Part shown: piece by piece, positions 15,312 to 24,786 of the stretch
How positions within the stretch are numbered: the first letter of the stretch is position 1
Layout: each line of letters starts with the position of its first letter
Assembly (NCBI GenBank): GCA_963716725.1
Contig: CAVQUB010000032.1
Coordinates: 277,733 to 341,732 of the forward strand
Source: an uncultured delta proteobacterium
GTDB taxonomy: Bacteria > Myxococcota_A > Polyangia > Polyangiales > Polyangiaceae
Length of the DNA stretch: 64,000 bases
Reading direction: 5' to 3'
Translations under genes and position numbers: made by a program
Notes under the pieces: model-generated
Told to the model about the DNA's origin: nothing
The model's input: only the letters and a program-made list of their open reading frames with translations
The model's database searches: none

Positions 15312-15649
15312 CAGGAGCGGCCCCAGCCGCCTCGGCCGCCGCCACCACCGCCGCCGAACGAACGTCCACCACCACCACCACCGCCGCCGCCGCCCTTGGG
15401 ACGACGCTCTTCGGCCTCGTTCACCTTGAGCGCGCGGCCGTCGAGGTCGGCGCCGTTTAGCTGCGCGATGGCGCGCTGGGCCTCGTCAGCGGAACCCATG
15501 GTGACGAACCCGAAGCCGCGGGAGCGGCCGGTCTCGCGGTCGATGATCAGCTTGGCCTCGGTGACCGAGCCGATCTTCGCGAACGCGTCCAGGAGCACGT
15601 CCTCAGTGGTGTGAAATGCCAAGTTGCCTACGTACAATCGGTTACTCAT
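15311..15649 (-). CDS. RNA-binding protein (RRM/RNP-1) with Gly-rich tail
   Basis: RNP2 LYVGNL, RNP1 RGFGFV, LKVNEA, poly-Gly/RGG tail. Confidence 0.95.
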   Translation of the reverse strand: MSNRLYVGNLAFHTTEDVLLDAFAKIGSVTEAKLIIDRETGRSRGFGFVTMGSADEAQRAIAQLNGADLDGRALKVNEAEERRPKGGGGGGGGGGRSFGGGGGGGRGGWGRS

Positions 15650-16036
15650 TTGCTTGCTCTCTCGAATTGCGGTTCTTCTCTCGTGCGTGGTTAGCGCACC
15701 AACCAGCGAGCACCAGGAGAACCGCGCCCTGATGACGCTGGAGGCAGCAGTAGCTGCCACCACAGGATCGCTGTCGGGGAGTCGACTTTCCGCGATCTCA
15801 GTGCGAGAGGCAGGCAGGCGGTACCGAAAACGCTGTGACGGGCGGGACCGTAGCCCGCTTCCCTTCGGTGCGCAACGAAACCCGCTCTTTTCGCGGGTTT
15901 GGCCCAGGTCAAGGGCCTTCCCCTCGTGAACTTCGGTTCGGAGCGGTCCGAGAACCGATGGCTACGAGCTCCCTGAATGGATGCGGGAACCTGGCGCGAC
16001 CACCCTTGGCATGCTCTCTGCTCAGCGAGGTGCGTC

Positions 16037-16834
16037 ATGATGAAGACTCCGTTTCTGTGCATCGCGATCGGGCTCTGCTCGGCCTGCGGCAGCTCGGATG
16101 CCGCGACGTCCAGCGGCGCGGCGAATCTCAGCCTCACCATCGCGGGAGCGTACGAAACGTACCCGCATCAGGACGGGCTTTCAGGACAGACGGCCGAGCG
16201 CGTCACGGCCGGCCTGCGGGGCCTCGAGCTGATCGATGACGCGGGCGGCATCTGGGTGCTCTTCGATGCCAGCCCCAGTAACCTGACTGCTGACTACAGC
16301 GCGAGCACGCCCACCCTCCTGGCGACGATCGAGCCCGCGGATGTGCGCCCTGGAAGGTACGTCAAGGCGCGCATGGTGCAGGACTGGTCTCGATTCGAGG
16401 TGGCCGCGACGCTGCACGAAGCCGGAACGGCCGCCGCAGGCACGTTGCGCGTGCTCCAAGCCACCAGCGAGGGCGCCGTGGTCGAGGGCAAGAGTCTGGA
16501 GCAAGGACACTACGAGCACGCGTTCTCGGGCAGCGGCGTCGAGCGCAGCTACGACGGAGTATTGCCCGTGCCCGAGCACTCCGCGACGGCGGAGGCAGAG
16601 GCGTTCGACGAGCAGGGCGTGTGGGCGGTTTACTTTCCGGTAGCCATCGAGGTTCCCGCTGGGGCGAAAGGCGAGCTCGCGATCCGCGTCAGCCTGGATC
16701 GCGCCTTCCGCTGGTCCGAGCTCGGGAGTGCGGGCTTCACCTCGGGCGCTTACGACCTCGCGCCGCCAATTTACGAACCGGTCGAGCAATTCGGCGGCAA
16801 CCGCTTCAGCGCGGCGCTGAGCCTCACACGCTGA
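16037..16834 (+). CDS. Hypothetical lipoprotein
   Basis: GAGG RBS; lipobox LCSAC; beta-rich body. Confidence 0.65.
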   Translation: MMKTPFLCIAIGLCSACGSSDAATSSGAANLSLTIAGAYETYPHQDGLSGQTAERVTAGLRGLELIDDAGGIWVLFDASPSNLTADYSASTPTLLATIEPADVRPGRYVKARMVQDWSRFEVAATLHEAGTAAAGTLRVLQATSEGAVVEGKSLEQGHYEHAFSGSGVERSYDGVLPVPEHSATAEAEAFDEQGVWAVYFPVAIEVPAGAKGELAIRVSLDRAFRWSELGSAGFTSGAYDLAPPIYEPVEQFGGNRFSAALSLTR

Positions 16835-18452
16835 TGGCGTCTTTGCGGAAGTCGCTCGAGGCGATCTTCACGTTCACGCAGGCGGGCACGCCGGCGGCGA
16901 AGGCGGCGTCGAGGGCGGGACCCAGATCCGCCGTGCGCTCCACCCAGAAGCCCTTGCCGCCCAGCGCCTCCACGACCTGGTCGTAGCGCGTGTAGTCGAG
17001 CTTGGTCGCCACGGCTCGATCTTCGCCGTACATGGCCACTTGGCCGCGCCGGATCTGAGTCCAGCTGGCGTCGTTGCCGATGACCGCCACTACCGGCAGC
17101 TTCTGCCGGGCCATGGCCTCGAACTCCATGCCGTTGAGGCCGAAGGAGCCGTCGCCGTACATGATCACGGTGCGGGAGTCGGGGCGCGCCAGCGCCGCGG
17201 CCATGGCATAGCCCGGGCCGATCCCGAGGGTGCCCAGCGGTCCCGGGTCCATCCAAAGCTGGGGCCACTCGAGCGGGATCACGTAGGCGGCCGTGGCGAC
17301 GAAGTCGCCGCCGTCGCCGATCACGACGTCGCTCTTGCCCAGACGCTTGCCGACTTCGTGGCAGACGCGGAGCGGGTTCGGCGGATCGGCGTCGCTCTCG
17401 ATCTCAGCCTTCATCTTGCCGCGGCGCTTGTCCTCGGCGGCCCGCAGAGCCGTCAGCCAGGTCGTTGCGTCCTTCTGGCCGACCGCGTCGAGGAGCTGCT
17501 TGAGCACCAGCCCGCTGTCACCGTGAATGCCGACGTCGATGGCGCGGTTCTTTCCGAGCTCGGCGCCATCCAGATCGATTTGGACGACCTTGGCGTTTGG
17601 GTTCCAGGTTCCCGGACGGCCGTAGTCCATGCGGAAATCGAAGGGGGTGCCGAACACGAAGATGACGTCGCTCTCGGCCAGCGCTTGCCTGCGCGAGCGC
17701 GTGAACGAGCACTCGTGGGCGAAGGGCAGACCTCCCCGCGCCATTCCGTTGAGGAAGAAGGGAGCGCGTACCTTATCCGCGAAGCGCCTGACGATTTCGC
17801 GATCTTCGGACCAGCGCAGTTGCGCGCCGATCACGAAGCTCGGTCGCTCTGCCTGCTTCAACAAAGCCGCTGCGCGTTCGATGCTCGCGGGGTCGCCGCT
17901 GGGACGAGCGGGAGGCATCGGCGCCGTGAGCGGGTCCTCGTCCTCGTGCCAATTCATCAGCAGATCGAGGGGCATCTCGAGGTACACGGGTCCCGGCAAG
18001 TTCGATTGCGCGATGCGGAACGCGCTGTCGATGTACTCCTTCACTCGGCGGATCTCGGGGACCTGCACGCTCCACTTGGAGACCGGTCGCATCAGCGTGA
18101 CCGAGTCCATGTCTTGAAGTGAGCCCATGTCAGCGAGCGCTTTCGGTCCCGCGCCGCCGATGCAGAGCATGGGCACGCCCGCGCGCTGCGCGTTGGCCAC
18201 CGCCGTCACCACGTCGGTGATGCCCGGCCCGGCCGTGACCAGGCACACCCCCGGCTTGCCGGTCACACGCGCGTAACCGTCGGCGCAGTGGCCGGCCGTC
18301 TGCTCGTGACGGGTATCCACCACGCGGATCCCTTCGTCGAGGCAGCCGTCGTAGATGGCTTGGATGTGCCCGCCGCAGAGCGTGAAGACGTGATCGATGC
18401 CGTGCCGCTTGAGCGCCTGGGCGACGAGGCGCCCGCCGTGGACCATGGTCAT
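16824..18452 (-). CDS. Thiamine-pyrophosphate enzyme (acetolactate synthase-like / 2-hydroxyacyl-CoA lyase-like)
   Basis: FTLCGGHI, DTRHEQTA, GDGGDF, DPGPLGTLG, TPP motif GDGSFG...GND. Confidence 0.9.
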   Translation of the reverse strand: MTMVHGGRLVAQALKRHGIDHVFTLCGGHIQAIYDGCLDEGIRVVDTRHEQTAGHCADGYARVTGKPGVCLVTAGPGITDVVTAVANAQRAGVPMLCIGGAGPKALADMGSLQDMDSVTLMRPVSKWSVQVPEIRRVKEYIDSAFRIAQSNLPGPVYLEMPLDLLMNWHEDEDPLTAPMPPARPSGDPASIERAAALLKQAERPSFVIGAQLRWSEDREIVRRFADKVRAPFFLNGMARGGLPFAHECSFTRSRRQALAESDVIFVFGTPFDFRMDYGRPGTWNPNAKVVQIDLDGAELGKNRAIDVGIHGDSGLVLKQLLDAVGQKDATTWLTALRAAEDKRRGKMKAEIESDADPPNPLRVCHEVGKRLGKSDVVIGDGGDFVATAAYVIPLEWPQLWMDPGPLGTLGIGPGYAMAAALARPDSRTVIMYGDGSFGLNGMEFEAMARQKLPVVAVIGNDASWTQIRRGQVAMYGEDRAVATKLDYTRYDQVVEALGGKGFWVERTADLGPALDAAFAAGVPACVNVKIASSDFRKDAISV

Positions 18453-18517
18453 GCGTCTGAGCTACAACGCCGCGGCGCTGCCGTCATGCGCTTGGACCGG
18501 GCCCCGGGAAAATGGCC

Positions 18518-20422
18518 TCAGTGCACGGCGCCGACGAGCCACGCAAAGGCGGGCACGAGGACTTCTTCCGGCGAGGCGCCGCCGGATCGCCCGGCGCTGG
18601 TTCCGCCGCCGACCTGGTCGAGGGAAAAGCCGTGGTCGCCGAAGACCAGGGCGAGCGTGCGCGGGGGCAGGCGCAGGAGGTGGCCCGCGAGGGCTTCTGC
18701 GGCCTCGTCGGCGAGGTCGTCGAGGCGCTCGGCGAGGGGCCCGCCGGGCACGCTCATCGCGCTCTCGATGAGATCGAGTTTGAGCACTTCGCGGTGACCG
18801 GCGCGGATTCGTCGCAGCGTCGCGGCGGCGCGCCCCCGAGCGACGGGGATCTCGCTGTCGGTCTGCTCCGTGACCTCCTTGAGACCCTGGGGCCCGCGCC
18901 CGATCAACTCCAACTGCATCGCGGTAGTCGTCGGCAGCGCTGACCAGAGCAGCAGGCGTTCGGTCAGCGCCGCGCGCTGTCCGAGCAGGGGTCGGAGGCG
19001 CTCGTTCACCCGCAGGCCCAGATCGAAGCGCATGCCGTCCACCAGGATGAGCTGAGCCGAACGTGCGCCGTGCAGGCGCCCGATGCGCATCGCCAGATCG
19101 GGGATGTCGAGCACCATGGTCGGCCGCTTGCCGCGCAGTCGAAGCGCGTCGAAGGCCTCGCTGTAGCTCCGCGCGAAGCTCTTGGCCCATGCGTCTGCGA
19201 TGGGCTCTGCCTCCGCACCTGCCAGGCCGCGCGCCAGCGCGTCGGTGAGCGGAACGTAGGCGGACACGAAGGTCCGCTCGACGACCGCAAGCGGCTTCGG
19301 TCCGCGCGTGCTCTCGAGTTCTTGCACCCACCGGCGCCACTCGACGGCGGCGTTGGGATCGAGGGGGGGGCGGCTCTTCTTGGGCGGAGGTTCGAGGGTC
19401 TCGGCTTCGCGGAGCAAGGCGACGGCTGCGGGTTCCGGAGACGGGGAGTGGTGGCTGGGTGAGGGCGACTCTGCCGAGGGCTGTGCGCTGGTCACCTCGG
19501 GAGTCGGCGGCGAGCAGAAGTCCTCCACGGACGGAGGCGTCATCGACACAACTTCGCCGGACGGAGTCTCAATCTCGAAGTCCGATGCGTCGACCCGCTC
19601 GGAGGCGGGCAGGGTCGGTCTCGGTGGGCCCGGGTCGAAGGCATCGGGGCCGTCGGCGGTGACCGCCGGAACGCCCTCCGACGGCGTGGTCTCATCGGCG
19701 AAGATCGCCGCCATGGCCTGCATCAGGGCCTCAGCGTCGTTCACTGGCTCGCAGGTGACCGGGGTGGGCGAGGGCGTCAGTTCGTCGTCGTCGTCGTTTA
19801 CCACGATGCGGCGGGCGACCTCGGCGACGGCGGGTGGGACCTCGGAGAGGTCCATGGTCTCTGCGCTGTAACGGACCTCGGGTGCCGCGTTGGGGGAGCC
19901 GTGCGCTCTGTTGCTGCTATCGGCCGTTCGGCTCGAGAGCAACGACGCCATCGCGACCGGCTCCCCGTAGACGCCGACCGCTCGGTCGCTCGTCGCGAGG
20001 TACAGGTGCACCGGGCGTTCGCGGGTCGCGGCGAGCCACCACCGAAGCACGGCGCTGTCCTCGGCGTCGATCGCGCCCGCCAGATTGGCGATGCCTTCGA
20101 GGGTGTAGAGCGAAATGGCGAGCCCTGAGCTCCCGACCAGGCGAGCGCGATAGAGCTGGTCGCTGAGCGAAGCGTCCAGATCGCTGGATGCGCCCACTCC
20201 CGGCGGCGGCGCTCCGCGGCTCTCGAGCTGCTCTTCGACCGCGGACTCGATCAGCAGGGCGAGCCGGCCTCTCAGGGCCGGGCGGGGCGGTTCGACGGGC
20301 ACCAGCAAGAGTCCGGTGCGGGTCGCCATCGCCTCCAGCTCGGCGCGCTCGGCGCTCTCCACGAAACGCACGTCGCCGCACATGCCCGACGGCTGGTCAC
20401 TGGTCGAGGTCGCCCATGTCAT
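18518..20422 (-). CDS. Hypothetical protein with a C-terminal PglZ-like (alkaline phosphatase superfamily) domain
   Basis: LILVDGMRFD, SALPTTT, FGDHGF and SGGASPEEVLVP occur in PglZ order; acidic Pro-rich central linker. Confidence 0.7.
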   Translation of the reverse strand: MTWATSTSDQPSGMCGDVRFVESAERAELEAMATRTGLLLVPVEPPRPALRGRLALLIESAVEEQLESRGAPPPGVGASSDLDASLSDQLYRARLVGSSGLAISLYTLEGIANLAGAIDAEDSAVLRWWLAATRERPVHLYLATSDRAVGVYGEPVAMASLLSSRTADSSNRAHGSPNAAPEVRYSAETMDLSEVPPAVAEVARRIVVNDDDDELTPSPTPVTCEPVNDAEALMQAMAAIFADETTPSEGVPAVTADGPDAFDPGPPRPTLPASERVDASDFEIETPSGEVVSMTPPSVEDFCSPPTPEVTSAQPSAESPSPSHHSPSPEPAAVALLREAETLEPPPKKSRPPLDPNAAVEWRRWVQELESTRGPKPLAVVERTFVSAYVPLTDALARGLAGAEAEPIADAWAKSFARSYSEAFDALRLRGKRPTMVLDIPDLAMRIGRLHGARSAQLILVDGMRFDLGLRVNERLRPLLGQRAALTERLLLWSALPTTTAMQLELIGRGPQGLKEVTEQTDSEIPVARGRAAATLRRIRAGHREVLKLDLIESAMSVPGGPLAERLDDLADEAAEALAGHLLRLPPRTLALVFGDHGFSLDQVGGGTSAGRSGGASPEEVLVPAFAWLVGAVH

Positions 20423-20553
20423 GCGGGCAGGGATGACCCAGGTGCGCTCATTGGGCCCAGTTTCCGGCGCGCACCCTACCGGGCGTGCCGGATGTCAAGG
20501 GCCAAGCGGGAAGAAAAACCCAAATTTCCTGCACAAAACTGCCCGCGGTGCGG

Positions 20554-20582
20554 TTGACGAAGGGGGTCGCCGTAAATAACCT
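20554..20582 (+). promoter_or_regulatory. Sigma70-type promoter of the 6S RNA
   Basis: TTGACG-17 bp-TAACCT; the predicted start (~20589) coincides with the first base of the terminal stem. Confidence 0.7.
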
Positions 20583-20588
20583 GGGAGT

Positions 20589-20786
20589 GGTTCCCTCTGC
20601 GGAGCAGGCGAGGAGCGCAGTAACGAACTCCTGACAAGCATAACGAACCCGGGACGCAATTTCGCGGGTGGAGTGCAGGCCCGGGCTTTCTCACCGGGAA
20701 GCCGGAAGCCCCGACGAGCGTCCCACCTAGCAGTGCTAGGGGTTCGGGCTACGCAACCAATCTCACGGCTCTGGCGGTAAGGAACC
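20589..20786 (+). ncRNA. ssrS: 6S RNA
   Basis: About 198-nt rod: GGTTCC/GGAACC, GGAGC/GCTCT, GCGCAGT/GCTACGC, CGAACTCCT/AGGGGTTCG, A-rich central bubble, GGGACGC/GCGTCCC. The 3' motifs GAAGCC...CCCACCT...GGTTC are typical of 6S. Confidence 0.85.
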
Positions 20787-20789
20787 CAT

Positions 20790-20819
20790 GAACGGGCTGG
20801 CTGAAAAGTCGGCCCGTTC
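20790..20819 (+). terminator. Hairpin immediately after the 6S RNA (terminator or processing stem)
   Basis: GAACGGGCTGGCT-GAAA-AGTCGGCCCGTTC; weak U-tail. Confidence 0.5.
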
Positions 20820-20869
20820 GCCTTTGCGGGCCTTCCGTCCCGTCGGGGGCTGAACTAGCGTCGGCCCCG

Positions 20870-21637
20870 ATGTTTTCCACGGTTGGGCGGGTCGCCCTGC
20901 TCCTCGGGGTCGGTCTCGCGGTCGTCGGCTACGCCCCGGTCGCGCGGGCCGCCAAGGTAAAAGGCAAGATCACGGGTTTCCGCTCCCTCCTGAACCCGGT
21001 TTGGGAAGAGGCGCGCGATCCCAAGAAGCGCGGCTACTCGTTCCGCGAAATCGTTCCGACGGTGCGTCCCGAGTTCCGCCACCTCTTTCCGCACATCCCG
21101 AAAGAGATCTGCGTCGTCGCCCTCGCCGAGGGCAAGCAGACGCCGCAGAAGACGGCGATCCTGATCAGGGTAGGCGGGGGTCGGACGACTCCGGTGACGA
21201 TCGTCGTTCCTCCGGGCCAACAGCTCCAGTTCCACAACACGGATCCTTTCAAGCACCGCCTCTTCGGCGTGAACGTCTCGACCTTCCAGCCCGGCGATAC
21301 CATCAAGGGAGCACGCCGCGATTGGACCGCGTCTCAGGCTGGCTCCTTCGAAATCCGTGACGAGGCCGCCCCGAGCCTGCGCATGTGGGTCATCGCGGAG
21401 CCCAACGTTGCTGGTATCGCCTACCCGAATCTCAAAGGAGAATTCGCCATCAACGTTCCAGCCGAGGGCACCTACACGATCCAGGCCTACTTCGCCGGAA
21501 AGAAGGTCGGGCCCGGACTTCCCGTCGAGCTCAAGGCCGGCGACGTCGAGCTCAAGGTGCCGCTCAAGGTCGCCGAAGAGAAAAAGCCAGAGAAGAAGGC
21601 CGACGACAAGGACAAGGAAAAGGACAAAGGCAACTGA
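20870..21637 (+). CDS. Secreted protein, cupredoxin-like / carboxypeptidase-regulatory-like folds
   Basis: Signal peptide ending ARA; F.N.DPFKH motif; C-terminal G.F.I.VPAEGTYTIQAY. Confidence 0.65.
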   Translation: MFSTVGRVALLLGVGLAVVGYAPVARAAKVKGKITGFRSLLNPVWEEARDPKKRGYSFREIVPTVRPEFRHLFPHIPKEICVVALAEGKQTPQKTAILIRVGGGRTTPVTIVVPPGQQLQFHNTDPFKHRLFGVNVSTFQPGDTIKGARRDWTASQAGSFEIRDEAAPSLRMWVIAEPNVAGIAYPNLKGEFAINVPAEGTYTIQAYFAGKKVGPGLPVELKAGDVELKVPLKVAEEKKPEKKADDKDKEKDKGN

Positions 21638-23256
21638 TGCTGCTGTCTCGATTCTGGTACGTGGTTCTTGGACTGCTGCTCGGCGTCGCCGCCTTCGTGC
21701 TGTTCTTGGCAGCCGGCATGTACAACCGTGTCGGTTCGCGGGCGATGGGTGAGGCGCTCTCTTCCGATGCGCAGGTTGTCTCCTGGTACCTCGGTAACGA
21801 CGCTCGCCAGCGCTCGGCGCAGCTGATCGCCTTCTCGCTCGACCCCGACGTCGGCAAGATGCTTCAGAAGTCCAGCGATTCGGACGCGAAGGTCCCGGAT
21901 GAAGCTCGCGAGAAGGTGGGCGCTGCGCTGCGCAAGGTCAACGCCAACATCCCCGCCGAGTTCGCCTTCGACTCGGTGTTCGCCGTGGACCAGCACGGGC
22001 GAGTGGTGGCCCACATCGGCTACGAGCAGGCGGCCGGTATGGAGGACTTCGAGCTCGGTGGCTATCCGGTGGTGGCCGACGCGCTCCACGGGTTCATCCG
22101 CGACGACACTCTGGTGCTCGACCGCATCTACCGAGTCGTGACGCGCCCCGTGGAGGTCGAGGCCGGCGCGATGCCCGCCGGAGCCATCATGGGCGCCCGG
22201 ATCATCGACGACAAGTTCGCGCGCGAGCTGTCCAGTCGCACGGGCGCGGCGGTAGCGTTTTACACTCGAGGCCAGCGCGTCGCGGCGGGAGCACCCGAGG
22301 ACTTCGACAAGGCTCTGCTCGATCAAATCGTGAGCGACCTCGGCAACGTCGACAGCGACCCCGACTACAACGAAAAAGGGCGCAGCGGGATCCGAACCCT
22401 CGGAGGCATGGGGCTCGGCGTGCAGTACACGCGCCTGCCGGGTGAAGCGTGGGAGCTGGGCGCGGGCTACGCTGTGGGCCGGCTGCCGGCGCGCGTGAAC
22501 GGCCCGCTGGGCTTCTTCAAGCAGGCGGACGACAAAGACAAGCGGGGCGTGCCCGTGCCGCTGGTCGCCGGAATCGTGGTCGGGGCCATGCTGCTCGGCC
22601 TGCTCTTTTCGATCTTCGAGCACTCGCGCCCGCTGGCCATCTTCAGAGGCGAGGCCACGCGGCTCGCGAAGGGCGAGGTCGATCAGCTGGCGCCGAGCAA
22701 GTTCCGGGGCGCGTATCGTAAGATCGCTTCGGATCTGAACGACGGGATCGACAAGGTTGCGGCCAAGGGCGGCGTGCCGCGCCGCGCCGCAGATCTCACG
22801 CAAGTGCTCGGCGATCTGCCCGCCGAACCCCAGATGAGCGCCTTCTCGTTCCCCGGGGACGCGATGCCATCGGGCGTCGGAGCTGCCCCGGCGAGCTACG
22901 ACGCGACCCTGCCGTCGGCGCCGTCGCAGCCTCGACTCCCAAAGCCGCCGCCGCGCGGGGGCGGGGCTCCACCGCCGCCGCGCCCTCAAGCCTCGGCACC
23001 CACGGCGAGCGCGGAAGCCGCGCCATCGTCGGGAGAGAGCGAAGCGGCCGCTTGGCTCGCGGTCTACGAGGAGTTCGTCGCGCTCAAGAAGCAGTGCGGC
23101 GAGAACATCGAAGGCTTCACCTACGAGAAGTTCGAGCAGACGCTGAAGAAGAACCGTGACGCTCTAGTGCAGCGTCACGGCGCATCGAAGGTGAAGTTCA
23201 GCGTCTACGTCAAAGACGGAAAGGCTGCCCTCAAGGCCAGCCCGATCAAGGCATGA
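21637..23256 (+). CDS. MXAN_5187-family membrane protein (periplasmic Cache-like region, C-terminal MXAN_5187 domain)
   Basis: TGATG coupling; two TM segments; C-terminus YEEFVALKKQCGE...EKFEQTLKKN...FSVYVKDGKAALKA. Confidence 0.75.
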   Translation: MLLSRFWYVVLGLLLGVAAFVLFLAAGMYNRVGSRAMGEALSSDAQVVSWYLGNDARQRSAQLIAFSLDPDVGKMLQKSSDSDAKVPDEAREKVGAALRKVNANIPAEFAFDSVFAVDQHGRVVAHIGYEQAAGMEDFELGGYPVVADALHGFIRDDTLVLDRIYRVVTRPVEVEAGAMPAGAIMGARIIDDKFARELSSRTGAAVAFYTRGQRVAAGAPEDFDKALLDQIVSDLGNVDSDPDYNEKGRSGIRTLGGMGLGVQYTRLPGEAWELGAGYAVGRLPARVNGPLGFFKQADDKDKRGVPVPLVAGIVVGAMLLGLLFSIFEHSRPLAIFRGEATRLAKGEVDQLAPSKFRGAYRKIASDLNDGIDKVAAKGGVPRRAADLTQVLGDLPAEPQMSAFSFPGDAMPSGVGAAPASYDATLPSAPSQPRLPKPPPRGGGAPPPPRPQASAPTASAEAAPSSGESEAAAWLAVYEEFVALKKQCGENIEGFTYEKFEQTLKKNRDALVQRHGASKVKFSVYVKDGKAALKASPIKA

Positions 23257-24778
23257 GCAAGTCGCGCTCGGTGGCCGTGGCCGGCGCGCTTTGCGTCATC
23301 GGCGTGAGTCAGGCAGCGCACGCCACCGACGTCCAAGACTTCCCGGACATCGGCACCGAACCACTGGGACGCGGCGGCGCCTGGGTAGCGCGCGCGACGA
23401 ATCCGCTCGCGACCTTTCAGAATCCCGCGGGGTTGGCGGGGCAGAAATCGGGCGTGCTCGCCAACGTGCACCTGGTCTTCAACAAGGTGTGCTTTCTGCG
23501 GCAAGGCGCCGGCCAAAAGCTCGCGCTTCCGCCGGACGGCATCGACTACCCCGAGGTCTGCAACGAAAACAAGGGCAGCCCCACCCCGCTGCCGGCGGTT
23601 GCCGGGGTGTACCGTGCGAGCGATCGCCTGGGCATCGGCCTGTCGGTGGCGCCGCCAAACATGTACGGATTGCTGCGCTTCCCCGAGACCATCGAGATCG
23701 AGAACAGCTTCGGAGTGACGCAGTCGGTGCCGTCTCCGCAGCGTTACATGCTGCTCGAGCAAGACGGCTTGGCGCTCAATACGACGCTGGGAGCTGGCTT
23801 CGAACCCGCGAAAGGCCTGCGGGTCGGAGCAGGTTTTGTGTGGGGTTTCGCCAAGTACCGACTCGCCAACGCAAACATGAGCCTGTCTCCCACGGCTCAG
23901 CCTGACGGGAGCTTTCGCGATCCCGTGACCGCGGACGTACGGGCCGAGCTGAAGGTCGCTGACTGGTTCATCCCGGGAGCGACCTTCGGCATACTCTATT
24001 CTCCGGCGAGCAACTTCGACGTCGGGCTGAACGTCATCATGCAGGACGCCTTCGACGCCCAGGGCGACCTGAGCATGAAGGCGAACTACTGGACCAACAA
24101 CGGCACGTCGGACAGCCCCGACCTGAGCGACTCCGGAGACATCCAGAAGGGGCTCGGTCGCTTTCGAGTCCCCAATCCCCTCGAGGCTCGCATCGGGGCG
24201 CGCTTTCACCTGCCTCGCAAGCCGGGCAAGCCCCAGTCCGGCGTTCGAATCCCTTGGTGGACGACGTCTTCGACCTCGAGCTCGACGTCTCGTACACGCG
24301 CAACAGCGCCTACGAACGGGCCGAGCTGCGCTTTCCCGAGTCGCCCGCGGTGCCGGTGAAAGGCACCCCCGGGAGCGTGCCACAGAACAACGACATCGAT
24401 TTCAAGGTGAAGCGTGACAGCGTTGGAGTCCGAGTCGGCGGCGACTACGTGGTCTTGCCTTCCCAGCTCTCGGCCCGCGCCGGCGGCTTCTGGGAGCCCA
24501 ACGTGCAGAACGACGAATACGCGAACGTCTCCTTCCTGGCGAGCCAGCGCATCGGAGTCTCGTTGGGCGCGACCTATCGCTTGTCGATGATCGACATCGA
24601 GGCGGCGTACATGCACGTCTTCGTCAGCGAGATCGACAACGGCGACAGCGGCAAGCTCTTGGTCGTGAGCGGAGACGCCAGCGCGTCGCCTCCCTTCCGT
24701 TCGCCCTACGCCATCAACAGCGGGCGGTTTCGGCAGAGCGTGAATGTCGTTTCGGTGGGCGCGACGGCCCGATTCTGA
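23253..24778 (+). CDS. Outer-membrane transporter, FadL/OmpP1-like; apparent frameshift near 24248
   Basis: LGRGGAWVARATNP.A.FQNPAGL N-terminal motif; amphipathic beta strands; terminal Phe (ATARF). Confidence 0.75.
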
Positions 24779-24786
24779 ACGCAGTC

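Noticed and set aside
16007..16022. Sigma54-like motif TGGCATG-N4-CTGC upstream of the lipoprotein at 16037
   Set aside because: The spacing fits, but the implied start (~16033) falls downstream of the GAGG RBS; too weak to call.
18518..20422. Complete BREX/Pgl defence system
   Set aside because: Only a PglZ-like domain is present; no brxC/pglY, pglX or brxL in the window.
24235..24260. tRNA T-arm-like GTTCGAATCCC
   Set aside because: It lies inside the FadL-like CDS exactly at an apparent frameshift; no cloverleaf can be built.
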